Below are positions 17,414-26,757 of a stretch of DNA of 64,000 nt, one piece after another; position 1 is the stretch's first letter; each line of letters begins with the position of its first letter. Made by a program: the position numbers and the translations under genes. The DNA lies in NCBI GenBank assembly GCA_041640035.1, contig JBEQBC010000001.1:96001-160000 (forward strand), in the 5' to 3' direction. Under the pieces are notes generated by a model, which saw only the letters and a list, made by a program, of their open reading frames with translations, made no database searches and had not been told where the DNA came from. Source of the DNA: Candidatus Nanohaloarchaea archaeon. Its GTDB lineage: Archaea; Nanohalarchaeota; Nanosalinia; Nanosalinales; Nanosalinaceae.

Positions 17414-18430
17414 TTAGAATTCGTCTTCTTCTGCTTCGTCTCCTACTGGTGCTCCGGCTACTGCTATCTCTGTGTCTTCACTGGCGTCTATTCTTCGGAG
17501 TTTGTAGGGTTTGACGAGGAATGCGTCTCCTTCGCTGTACTCTGTTTCTTCATCTCCGATCTTGAATGTGCCTGAGCCTTCTCGGAAGTAGTAGATTTCT
17601 GTCTCGTTTGCGTGCCGGTGTCCTTTCTCTGGGTTGTTCTGTGCTCCGTGGCTTTCATCTTCTGGTATCTGGAAGATGGAGAGTCCTACTTCTTCGTTCT
17701 CCAGTTCGCTTCTGAGGAACCGTGCCGGTCCGTCGACACTTGCTTTCTCGAAGCCCTTGTGTTCTGATTCAAGCTGTTTGAAGATGTTTTTGACATCGTT
17801 GCTGTTTTTCTCTACTGTTCCGCCGTGGAAGCAGTGTACTTTTCCGAAGCTTTCGAAGCTTAACCGGTTCAGTCCTTCTACCGCTTCCTCCATGTCAGGA
17901 GTAAAACGCTCTCTTGGACCTGAGAATCCATCTTCTTCTACATTCAGTATGTCGCCTGAGATCAGGAGATCTTCCAGTAGAAGTGAGATGTGTCCGGGTG
18001 TGTGGCCTGGTGTATGCATCACTTTGATATCTCTTCCATCTGCGTGAATGGTTTCTCCTCCGGTCAGCTCTATGTCTACATCGACTGCAGGGTATCTTTC
18101 ATCTCCCTTGATAGGGTCTTCCCGTCCGTCGATCGCTGGTGCGTCGTCTTCATGTGCTAGTACTGTTGCGTCGGTTTCTTCTACCAGTTCTGCGGCGCAT
18201 CCACAGTGATCGAAGTCTTGGTGTGTTAGAACAAGTTTTTCGACATCTGATAGGTCGAAGCCGTGTTCTTCAAGGTTTTCACGAATTTTGTCCAGGTTTC
18301 CTGGCAGTCCTGCGTCGACGAGGATCACTCCGTTGTCATCTTCTATCGCTGCAGGGTAGATTTTCTCTTTGTGGTCTTCGCCGAGTTCAAGTGTCTGCGG
18401 AAGCCCGTAAACTCCTTCAATTATCTTCAT
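17414..18430 (-). CDS. Metallo-beta-lactamase-fold hydrolase fused to C-terminal cupin
   Basis: LVDAG, THQDFDH, TPGHTPGH, SGD, CFHGG; cupin HRH..ETEIYYFREGSG..GDAFLV. Confidence 0.85.
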   Translation of the reverse strand: MKIIEGVYGLPQTLELGEDHKEKIYPAAIEDDNGVILVDAGLPGNLDKIRENLEEHGFDLSDVEKLVLTHQDFDHCGCAAELVEETDATVLAHEDDAPAIDGREDPIKGDERYPAVDVDIELTGGETIHADGRDIKVMHTPGHTPGHISLLLEDLLISGDILNVEEDGFSGPRERFTPDMEEAVEGLNRLSFESFGKVHCFHGGTVEKNSNDVKNIFKQLESEHKGFEKASVDGPARFLRSELENEEVGLSIFQIPEDESHGAQNNPEKGHRHANETEIYYFREGSGTFKIGDEETEYSEGDAFLVKPYKLRRIDASEDTEIAVAGAPVGDEAEEDEF

Positions 18431-18478
18431 AACAAAGAACTTGCGTTCAAAGGTTAAACTATCTTACGGATCAGAGTG

Positions 18479-18646
18479 TTATTCCAGGAATCTCTCTTTG
18501 GTGTAGACCGTGATGAAGCTGACTAGGCCTCCGATTAAAGCCACTAACGCTACTGTCTGTATGTTTGCGTTGAGTGTGCTTGTGGCGGCTACGGCGGTCA
18601 GGATCCCTATCAGGGTGCCTGTTGCCCCGGCACTGCTGTCCTTCAT
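18479..18646 (-). CDS. 55-aa two-TM protein (below ORF-track cut-off)
   Basis: MKDSSAGATGTLIGILTAVAATSTLNANIQTVALVALIGGLVSFITVYTKERFLE; TTATA box upstream. Confidence 0.55.
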   Translation of the reverse strand: MKDSSAGATGTLIGILTAVAATSTLNANIQTVALVALIGGLVSFITVYTKERFLE

Positions 18647-18717
18647 ACCTGAGTTTCCTTCCGCAGTTGTATAACTTTTCCGGGGGGAAACCGCCTTTTG
18701 AGGTATTTATTTAGGGA

Positions 18718-19461
18718 GTGAAGGTGAATTGTTTGGATAGGATGACTCTTCTCCAGGTACTTCGGGAAAGCTTTGAAATGTTGAAGGATGAGCCGAAGTT
18801 CTTTGTACCCCGGCTTTTCTCCACGACTATCTCCACAGCCTGGTTCATACTTGTATTCGACAACTATCTTTCCAAACTGACGACTTTGAAATACTCGAAC
18901 TCGGAGATGATCTTCTACCTCGTCTCGGGACCGCTCATAGTATTCATGGGTGTAGCAGTATCCATCATGCTCGCAAGGATGGTGGATAAAGGACCTGAAC
19001 TGAAATCTAGCTTCCTTTACACCGTGGGTAGGATGAAAACTTTGCTTCTGGTTACCTGGGGGATGCTGTCGCTCGGTATACTGATGGCACTACCTCTGAC
19101 TATCGGAATCGTACTTTACCCGGTTATGGGCATCGCTGTTCTTGCCGGTTCCGCAGCTCTAACCGTACTGATGATGATAGCTGTCTTCTACCTGCTTTAC
19201 TTCCTGCCTATCACCCTGGTTGAAAATTCAAGCGTAGTTGAAAGCATTAGGGATTCTATCAGTTCCTCAAGAGAGAACAGTAAAGAAGTGACTGTAATGT
19301 TGTTGTTCAGTTTCGCCTTGCTTGGAGTCGCTGGCCTTGCTCAAGGTGCATTAGAGTTCTTGGGCTACCTGGCTTTCGCTGCCAGCAGGTTCATCTCGGT
19401 GATAGTGACGACTTACCTTTTCGTTGTCAGCCCGAAGCTGTACCTAGTCGAAAACAACTGA
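18718..19461 (+). CDS. Multi-pass membrane protein
   Basis: About six TM segments; start uncertain (GTG 18718, TTG 18733 or ATG 18742). Confidence 0.6.
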   Translation: MKVNCLDRMTLLQVLRESFEMLKDEPKFFVPRLFSTTISTAWFILVFDNYLSKLTTLKYSNSEMIFYLVSGPLIVFMGVAVSIMLARMVDKGPELKSSFLYTVGRMKTLLLVTWGMLSLGILMALPLTIGIVLYPVMGIAVLAGSAALTVLMMIAVFYLLYFLPITLVENSSVVESIRDSISSSRENSKEVTVMLLFSFALLGVAGLAQGALEFLGYLAFAASRFISVIVTTYLFVVSPKLYLVENN

Positions 19462-19466
19462 AAAAT

Positions 19467-19847
19467 TTAGAACTGTAGCTGCGCTGTGTACAGAATCGTG
19501 GTTGTAACGATTGTAAGAAGTGCGGCCTGGATATGCAGTTTCTTTGAAGCCTTCATGTCTTTCTTCCGGTCTTCCTCATCTTCTACTTTCTTTTCTTCGT
19601 CTTCTTCAGTTTGGTATGTGCCTTTTGATGCGTGTGCCACGCAGAAGCTTTTGTATCCCTGTAGTGTTCCCTCGAATCCTATGAATAGCAGTACTGCGAC
19701 ACCTACAAATATCAAGTCGCTTACTGAGGTAAGGAAATTAGCTGAAGCTAGAAGCAGTCCGGATACAAGTCCGCTGGCACCCAGCATATACCGTTTCCGC
19801 TGCCCGGATTCGTCTATATTGCAGACTCCGGGCTCATACTCTGTCAT
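19467..19847 (-). CDS. Membrane protein with YEPGVCNI and FCV motifs
   Basis: Three TM segments with two Cys-containing motifs. Confidence 0.6.
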   Translation of the reverse strand: MTEYEPGVCNIDESGQRKRYMLGASGLVSGLLLASANFLTSVSDLIFVGVAVLLFIGFEGTLQGYKSFCVAHASKGTYQTEEDEEKKVEDEEDRKKDMKASKKLHIQAALLTIVTTTILYTAQLQF

Positions 19848-19907
19848 ATAAAAAGTATAACGGGTTGTAGACCTAAAAAGTCTTCCGGTTTCTCAGCCGG
19901 TATTTTT

Positions 19908-20291
19908 TCAGCTCTGAGGTATCTCAAAGGAGGAATCCAGTTCTTCAGCTGGCTGAAGTCTTTTCCGTCCCCATTCTTCCATTCCCATTATGACTGGTTC
20001 GAGGCTTTCTCCGACCGGTGTAAGTGTGTAACTGACCTGCTTCGGGCTTTCCGAGATCACTTTTTTCTCTACGATATTCTTGTCTTGCAGGTCTTCAAGT
20101 GTTTCTGAGAGTACTTTGCTTGAAATTCCGTTTGCTTCTCTTTTCAGGTCGTTGAAGCTCAGTTTTTCTTTTTCTACCAGCCTGTGGATTATGACGGGGT
20201 GCCATTTTCGTCCTAGTATTTGGGATGCTGCGGTTACTGGACACCATGATTCTGTTGAGCACCATACCTTCATTTCTTCTTGTTCGCTCAT
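19908..20291 (-). CDS. HxlR/DUF24-family winged-helix regulator
   Basis: CPV..ILGRKW..II, FNDLK, GISSKVLS..L, PKQVSYTLT..G. Confidence 0.9.
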   Translation of the reverse strand: MSEQEEMKVWCSTESWCPVTAASQILGRKWHPVIIHRLVEKEKLSFNDLKREANGISSKVLSETLEDLQDKNIVEKKVISESPKQVSYTLTPVGESLEPVIMGMEEWGRKRLQPAEELDSSFEIPQS

Positions 20292-20322
20292 GTTGTAGTA
20301 GTTCTTTCAAGAATCTTATATA

Positions 20323-20339
20323 GGTTACCTTTGGTAACC
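20323..20339. promoter_or_regulatory. Perfect inverted repeat GGTTACC-TTT-GGTAACC, probable HxlR-family operator
   Basis: Between divergent hxlR and multicopper oxidase genes, next to the hxlR TATA box. Confidence 0.6.
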
Positions 20340-20399
20340 AGGTTTATTCGCTTTGCGTTCCATTACCTATAAACTTTAAGCTGGTAATCTAGTCTAATT

Positions 20400-22439
20400 A
20401 TGAGTAAATATTTCCGGCCACTACTGATCGCATTAACAACCGTTCTACTAGCAACGACAGCATTCGCACACGGAATAGAAACCCATGAATCACAGGAGAA
20501 CCAAGAGACCACAACCACTGCAGAACCACAACTGGAACAACCATGCACCGAACCAAGATCAAGCTGGAGAAACGCACAGACAATAGCAGGAGTAGATATA
20601 CAGCAGTCGGAGAGATGTAACCCTGATAACCCGAATGTAGTGGCCGCAGCGGTCAAAGGGACAAACAATGTTCCGATGCCGGTACTGATGAAAACCGGAC
20701 TAAACCGAAACGCAATAATCAAAGAAAACGATACTGATGGCGACGGCGACCCAGACAACATCCACATCACACTAGAAGTAACAGGCGTCAACGAAGCCAA
20801 CGCACTAGCAACAGAAGAAATCGCACCAGGAGTCAAACCATCCTTCTGGACCTTCTCACCTAAAACCCGCGGAATGGTCGACAGCAACGCCAAAGTACAG
20901 GACCTGATAGAAGCAGTCAGCCCAACAATCAGGGTAGAAGAAGGCGATACAGTAACACTTGAAATCGAAAACACACACTACATGCCGCACACAGTCCACC
21001 TCCACGGAGTAGACCACCCATACAAAGGAACAAACGGAAGTAAAGGAGGCGACGGCGTACCTGTAACAAGCGAATCACCGATACCACCAGGCGAAAGCCG
21101 AGAATACACATTCACACCGGAAACGCCGGGATCAATGTTCTACCACTGCCATGTAGTCCCTAACACACATGTATCCATGGGACTGAACGGCATGTTCGTA
21201 ATAGAAGAAAACAAAGAAGACAACAATGTACAAACCATCAACCCTGGAGCAGGAAAAGTAAGACATCCATCCGAATCAGTGAACGAAAGCTACAGCTCCG
21301 AATACGACATGGTCTACCAGGATGTAGACAAAACTCTGCACGAAATCCCGAAGAAGTACAACGATACAAGAGAAATCGCGAAAGCAGTGAATCGTGACTA
21401 CGACAGAACCGATAACTCTCCTGATTACTTCCTGCTTAACGGTAAGAGCTTCCCTTACACCATGAGAGAATCAGTAGTAAATGTCGAACCGAACAAGAGA
21501 TACAAGATGAGAGTGCTGAACGCTGAGGGAGATGTTCTATCCCTACATACACACGGGCACAAAGTCAAGGTACAGCAGAAGGACGGCGTACCCGTAGACA
21601 ATCCAGTACAGAGAGATGTTATCGATGTTTCAGCAGCTCAGAGAGTAGATCTCTCGCTTAACACAACTATAGACGGACTGAATTCATACGACTCGGGAGT
21701 ATGGCTGATGCACGACCACCATGAAGAAGCAGTCACCACGGACGGTATTTCACCGGGCGGAAATGTAGCGATGATCTCGTACAGAGAGTACCTTAACAGC
21801 AAAGGCATGCCGGAAACCGAAACCAACACCAACCGTTACTTCAGCGACGCCTACTACGAGGGCAAAGTACCTTTCCACGGAGGAATGGACCAGCAAGCAT
21901 TCGGCTACCCACCAAGCGAAGAACCACCAGAGTTCACAGCTTCGGAAACATCAAACTCCGGTATGAGCATGATGATGGGCGACATGAGTATGGATATGGA
22001 GATGGTTCCGAACGGAACAGTCATCAACGAGAACACAGACCGTCTTCCTGAAGGCTGTGAGGAGATCAGAAGAAGCCGACAGCTCACAGTAGAAGCAGGC
22101 GAGAAGTTCGCGGAGCCTGGAGAAGCATACGGTTACAGACAGGACGAATGGGAGGTCCAGACCTGTGAAAAAGTAACAGTCAAGTTCCAGGTGCACGACG
22201 AGATCCGGCATCAGTGGATGATCCACGGACTTCCAAGAGACCTATACCCGATGGGAATGTTCAACCTGGAAGTCATGGACGGTGGAACGGTGGAAGGAAC
22301 ATTCATCACGCCAGCAGAACCAACCGACCTCAACCTACATTGCTCACTTCCACAGCACCAGCAGAAAGGAATGAACGGAACAGTATCAGTGGTTGACCCA
22401 AGCAGCGGATTCTTCAGCTGGCTCGGCAACCTCTTCTAA
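20400..22439 (+). CDS. Secreted two-domain multicopper oxidase with extra C-terminal cupredoxin domain
   Basis: Signal peptide; HTVHLHG, YHCH..H..MG, HTHGH, MHDH; C-terminal HQW..HCSLPQH...GM. Confidence 0.85.
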   Translation: MSKYFRPLLIALTTVLLATTAFAHGIETHESQENQETTTTAEPQLEQPCTEPRSSWRNAQTIAGVDIQQSERCNPDNPNVVAAAVKGTNNVPMPVLMKTGLNRNAIIKENDTDGDGDPDNIHITLEVTGVNEANALATEEIAPGVKPSFWTFSPKTRGMVDSNAKVQDLIEAVSPTIRVEEGDTVTLEIENTHYMPHTVHLHGVDHPYKGTNGSKGGDGVPVTSESPIPPGESREYTFTPETPGSMFYHCHVVPNTHVSMGLNGMFVIEENKEDNNVQTINPGAGKVRHPSESVNESYSSEYDMVYQDVDKTLHEIPKKYNDTREIAKAVNRDYDRTDNSPDYFLLNGKSFPYTMRESVVNVEPNKRYKMRVLNAEGDVLSLHTHGHKVKVQQKDGVPVDNPVQRDVIDVSAAQRVDLSLNTTIDGLNSYDSGVWLMHDHHEEAVTTDGISPGGNVAMISYREYLNSKGMPETETNTNRYFSDAYYEGKVPFHGGMDQQAFGYPPSEEPPEFTASETSNSGMSMMMGDMSMDMEMVPNGTVINENTDRLPEGCEEIRRSRQLTVEAGEKFAEPGEAYGYRQDEWEVQTCEKVTVKFQVHDEIRHQWMIHGLPRDLYPMGMFNLEVMDGGTVEGTFITPAEPTDLNLHCSLPQHQQKGMNGTVSVVDPSSGFFSWLGNLF

Positions 22440-22498
22440 ACTTACCTCCCTGGTTTTCTACCTCTTTTTATTTAGTTCTTGACTCACAATTACTGTCC

Positions 22499-23638
22499 GT
22501 GACACACATACAGGACGCGGTACACGGCTACATCAAACTGAGCGAAGAGGAGAAAGAACTGATAGACACACCTCAGATGCAGAGACTGAGACGGATAAGA
22601 CAGCTAGGACTCTCCTCACTTGTGTACCCAAGCGCAACACATACCCGTTTCCAGCACAGCCTCGGAGTCATGCATATGGCCGGAAAGTTCGCAGAATCAC
22701 TCGGCCTGAACGACGAAAGAAGAAAAGAGCTCAGAATCGCCGGACTTCTCCATGATACAGGACACGGACCATTCAGCCACGCATCAGAAAAGGTGGCGGA
22801 AGAACATGGTATCTCACATGAGGAACTTTCATGCAGAAAGATAGAGGAACTGGGCGACAGGTTCGAGGTCAGCACGGAAAGAGTACTGAAAATCATAAAC
22901 GGAGAACTGGAGATAGGACAGATAGTAGCAGGAGATATCGACGCAGACAGAATGGATTACCTACAGAGAGACGCACACGGTACAGGAGTCGAACACGGAA
23001 ACATCGATGCAGCAACCATAATCAGGCTGGCCGAGATCGATTCCCGCAGAGTCGTCTTCGATCACAAAGCCATCCAGTCACTGGAATCACTTCTTACAGC
23101 CCGTTTCCACATGATGAAATCCGTCTACACCCACAAGACTTCCGCAATCGCAGAAAAGATGCTGGAAAGAAGCCTCCAGAGCTACCTCGATCAGGGACAT
23201 CAACTGGAGGAAATGATGCAGAAAGATGACTACCAGATGCATGTAGCACTTCAGAACGCGGAAAAACCTGCCTCCAACATATACAGCAAGATCACAGACA
23301 GGAACCTGTACAAACAAGCCTTGAGGAAAGATATACACCAGATAGACCGTGAAAAACTGATGGAGCTAGAACAGGTCGATGAGAAGGAACTTGAGGAAAA
23401 GATAAGTAACGAAACAGGTCTAGACAAATCAAAGGTACTGGTTAACACTCCGTGGACGCCGGACAGCAAGATGCGGAACATCAAGATCAAGAAGAACGGA
23501 GAGGTAAATAATATAGAAGAATACACACCTCTGCCGAAGGCTTTGAGCGAGGCAGAATGGAATCTCGTGCATTTCTCTGTTTACACGCCTGAAAAGCATG
23601 TAGAAAAGGTAAGAGAAGCAGCTGAGAAACTGATATGA
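22499..23638 (+). CDS. HD-domain phosphohydrolase (SAMHD1/COG1078 dNTPase-like)
   Basis: QRLRRIRQLG, HTRFQHSLG, LHDTGHGPFSH, DADRMDYL.RD, VYTH. Confidence 0.9.
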   Translation: MTHIQDAVHGYIKLSEEEKELIDTPQMQRLRRIRQLGLSSLVYPSATHTRFQHSLGVMHMAGKFAESLGLNDERRKELRIAGLLHDTGHGPFSHASEKVAEEHGISHEELSCRKIEELGDRFEVSTERVLKIINGELEIGQIVAGDIDADRMDYLQRDAHGTGVEHGNIDAATIIRLAEIDSRRVVFDHKAIQSLESLLTARFHMMKSVYTHKTSAIAEKMLERSLQSYLDQGHQLEEMMQKDDYQMHVALQNAEKPASNIYSKITDRNLYKQALRKDIHQIDREKLMELEQVDEKELEEKISNETGLDKSKVLVNTPWTPDSKMRNIKIKKNGEVNNIEEYTPLPKALSEAEWNLVHFSVYTPEKHVEKVREAAEKLI

Positions 23639-24171
23639 TGAAAGCAGACAAAGAGTTCATCAAAAAATATCTGAAAGTCTATTCGGATACACAGGGACTG
23701 CTACCTGAACGGATGGAGGAGTTCCGAGAATGGTACCAAGATCAGGGAAATCTGACAAGAGACCAGCTGTACGAGATAGCTTATGAATCCAGCACCAGAA
23801 GCGCCTACCATGTAAACAAGAACCCCATAGATCGGTGCAGAGAAGTAACTGAAAATGTGAGAAAGGTTGAAGGCGATTTCTCAAAGATCGCGTTGATCAC
23901 AGAGCTGAAAGGATTCAAAGCCCCGACAGCCTCATGCGTACTGACAGCACTTGATCCTGAAAGACATGCGGTCGTTGATACTCGTGTATGGGCTTCTCTG
24001 GAACGACTCGGTTATCTTGAAGGAAGGAAAGAAACCTTTGACGCAGACGATTATGTAGAAATGATTGAACCTATTCGGGAGATAGCTGAAGAAACAGGAT
24101 ACACCCCCGAAAAAGTAGGTTACGCACTTTTCGCCCACGATTTCGATGTCCGTGAAGGCACTCTACACTGA
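23635..24171 (+). CDS. HhH-type putative DNA glycosylase-like protein
   Basis: LKGFKAPTASCVL..DP..AVVDTRVW; ATGA overlap with HD gene. Confidence 0.55.
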   Translation: MMKADKEFIKKYLKVYSDTQGLLPERMEEFREWYQDQGNLTRDQLYEIAYESSTRSAYHVNKNPIDRCREVTENVRKVEGDFSKIALITELKGFKAPTASCVLTALDPERHAVVDTRVWASLERLGYLEGRKETFDADDYVEMIEPIREIAEETGYTPEKVGYALFAHDFDVREGTLH

Positions 24172-24996
24172 AAATGGTCTGAAATCGTCCAGGAACTCGC
24201 CGGCCTGATTGTTCTCCAGGCTGTTGTCCATCTTCAACGATCTGTATTGATCCATGCCGAATGGTAGTGGAAGGTACTCTGCAACTTTCAACCCGTTTTT
24301 CGTTGTGAACTCCGGTGCAATGAAAACCTTCTTACCAGGGTACTTCCTCTTAACAAGTTGTTTCAGTGTTAGGGCTTGTTCTCCGCCGATATCGTAGACT
24401 CCTCTTGAGCCTTTTTCAACTGCCTCTGCGAATATATCTGCTACATCGTCCACCGCAATCGGCTGGAACTTCGGGTTGGCGGGGAGAACAGCTACAGGCA
24501 GGTTCCGCAACCTTCTCATCAGGTTGTCAAGTTCGCCGCCGTGTCCCAAGACCAGGGAGGGACGGAACACACAGGTCCTCAGATCAGAGTCAGTCACAAG
24601 CTTCTCTCCCTCACCTTTGGTTCTAAGGTACTCCGTTTCCGCATCCGGCGAAGCTCCATACGCACTCATATGTACAAGTTGATCTACATCGGCTCGGAGA
24701 GCCTCATCCACAATATTCTGTACACCTTCAACATGAATCTCCTCATAGCTTACACCAGAGGGTTCGAATAAAGGGCTTAAACCGGCCAGGTTCACGACTT
24801 TGTCGAAGTCATCGAAGTTCAGGGAGCCGTGGTAAAGTATATCAGTTATCTCAGTTTCAACATCGGAATTCAGTTTGGTTGTCCCATCTCCGCTTGGAGA
24901 GCCGGCAGTCACTTTGAATCCTTTCTCATCCAGCCGGTTGCATACACGCGTACCTATGAAACCGGTTCCTCCGATCACAAGAACATTTTCAGTCAT
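24163..24996 (-). CDS. NAD-dependent epimerase/dehydratase (NDUFA9-like)
   Basis: GGTGFIG, MSAYGA, YLRTKGEGE, RPSLVLG. Confidence 0.85.
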   Translation of the reverse strand: MTENVLVIGGTGFIGTRVCNRLDEKGFKVTAGSPSGDGTTKLNSDVETEITDILYHGSLNFDDFDKVVNLAGLSPLFEPSGVSYEEIHVEGVQNIVDEALRADVDQLVHMSAYGASPDAETEYLRTKGEGEKLVTDSDLRTCVFRPSLVLGHGGELDNLMRRLRNLPVAVLPANPKFQPIAVDDVADIFAEAVEKGSRGVYDIGGEQALTLKQLVKRKYPGKKVFIAPEFTTKNGLKVAEYLPLPFGMDQYRSLKMDNSLENNQAGEFLDDFRPFSV

Positions 24997-24997
24997 T

Positions 24998-25441
24998 TTA
25001 TACAGGGCTGTATCTTCCTTTCAGTTCGGTTTTCTCCAGTACATGGTCTTCCATCTCTTCCTCAACCCGTTTACGGGGTACATCCTGTGCCAGACCTAAT
25101 TCGGTATCCAGTGCGTAGAGTCGGAAGATGTAAGTGTGCTCGCCGTCCGGTGGATTCGGTCCGCCGTAACCTGTCTCCCCGTAGTCGTTTTCTCCTTCAG
25201 TACCTGGAGCAGAATCCTCCTCTATAACCTCGGTTTCAGGATCTATATCGAAGAGAACCCAGTGATCCCAGATCTTTCCAGCAGGACCTAAAGCGTCAGG
25301 ATCATCAACTATCAGAACAAGCGATTCCGCATCCTCAGGTACTCCTGAGATACGGAGCTCAGGGTTTACATTATCTCTTTGATATCCATACTTCTCAGGT
25401 ATCTCTCCATCATCCTCGAAAACCGGGCTTACAAGCTTCAT
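24998..25441 (-). CDS. YbhB/YbcL (PEBP) family protein
   Basis: DDPDA, WDHW, YGGPNPP, HTYIFRLYALD. Confidence 0.9.
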   Translation of the reverse strand: MKLVSPVFEDDGEIPEKYGYQRDNVNPELRISGVPEDAESLVLIVDDPDALGPAGKIWDHWVLFDIDPETEVIEEDSAPGTEGENDYGETGYGGPNPPDGEHTYIFRLYALDTELGLAQDVPRKRVEEEMEDHVLEKTELKGRYSPV

Positions 25442-25544
25442 ACAACTAAATTACCATTCCGACAGGTTAAATCTTTCCCAGAACCCAATCCAACTTGAAT
25501 ATGGTTTAAAAGACTTCACATCAACACTCTACAATACCAAGACA

Positions 25545-25617
25545 GGCGGGATGGTGTAGTGGACTATCATTGGCCGTTTGGGACGGCCAGACCCCGGTTC
25601 AAATCCGGGTCCTGCCA
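25545..25617 (+). tRNA. tRNA-Pro(TGG)
   Basis: Acceptor GGCGGGA/TCCTGCC, anticodon arm GGCCG-TTTGGGA-CGGCC, T-loop TTCAAAT. Confidence 0.93.
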
Positions 25618-25692
25618 TGTTATGTTTCTAATTTGAATTCTTAGTAGAGGTTTAATCGGGTTTTTATCACTTGATAAGTTATTTGGTGGAAT

Positions 25693-26730
25693 GTGAAGAG
25701 ACGCCAGTATTTAGGTTTGACGGCTGCTGGTCTTACCGGATTTGGTGCGAATTTATACCTGAGTAATCGTCAGAAGAAGTTAGATAACCCGCTAGGTATC
25801 TCGGATGAACGGCTTGAAAGCGGAGATTTCTGGACTATATCTGTTATACCGGATACACAGAACTATTCTACCGATGATGACCATATACAGCATTTGAGTA
25901 ATCAGGCTGAGTGGATCGCCGAGAACAAAGATAGATACAATATACTCTTCGCCACACATGAAGGCGACTTGGTTAACGACGGCTCAGATATAGAGCAGTG
26001 GGAAAGAATCGAGTCTGCTCTGGAGCCAATACATGGAGAGGTACCTTACAGCGTTGTTCCAGGTAATCATGACTGGAAAAGCACCTACGACAAGTCTTCA
26101 GGTATTGATGAGTACCTTGAGCGTTTCGGAGATCAGCGTTTCAAGGATATGGAGTGGTATGATGATTCAGGGCCTCATGGACTAAGTCATGCACAGATCT
26201 TTCCTACGGATAGAGGCGACTTCCTGCATCTAGGCCTGGAGTGGGAACCACGGGATGAAGTCCTGGACTGGGCGGATCAGAAAGTTGAAGAGTACGGTTT
26301 GCCTACGCTGGTTACGACTCATTCTCATCTTCATAAAGGTGTACTGGACAAGAGCAGGATGGAAGATGTGAAAGAGGAAAATGGACAAGGTAACCATGCT
26401 GAACAGGTTTTTCAGGAACTTGTCTATCCTAATGAGGAGGTTTTCATGGTTCTATCAGGTCATAGTTTCGGAGGCTTACTGCCTAGGAACCGCGGTGAAC
26501 ACCATCAGATAAGTGAAAATTCCGAAGATGAACCGGTCTATGAGATGCTGGCTGACTTCCAGGATAGAGAAAACGGCGGTAACGGATGGATGCGGAATAT
26601 AACTTTCTTGCCGGAAGATAACGGGTATGATAGGATTGCTGTCAGTACTTACTCGCCTTCGACAGGTATGAATCAGGTCGGAGCACCAAGCGATTTCTAC
26701 TTCCAGCTTGACTTCGATGAACGGTTCTAA
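25693..26730 (+). CDS. Tat-exported calcineurin-like metallophosphoesterase
   Basis: KRRQYL Tat-like motif; PDTQ, GDLV, GNHD, GH motifs. Confidence 0.82.
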   Translation: MKRRQYLGLTAAGLTGFGANLYLSNRQKKLDNPLGISDERLESGDFWTISVIPDTQNYSTDDDHIQHLSNQAEWIAENKDRYNILFATHEGDLVNDGSDIEQWERIESALEPIHGEVPYSVVPGNHDWKSTYDKSSGIDEYLERFGDQRFKDMEWYDDSGPHGLSHAQIFPTDRGDFLHLGLEWEPRDEVLDWADQKVEEYGLPTLVTTHSHLHKGVLDKSRMEDVKEENGQGNHAEQVFQELVYPNEEVFMVLSGHSFGGLLPRNRGEHHQISENSEDEPVYEMLADFQDRENGGNGWMRNITFLPEDNGYDRIAVSTYSPSTGMNQVGAPSDFYFQLDFDERF

Positions 26731-26757
26731 CAAAAATTAGATCAGTATCTGGTTTTC

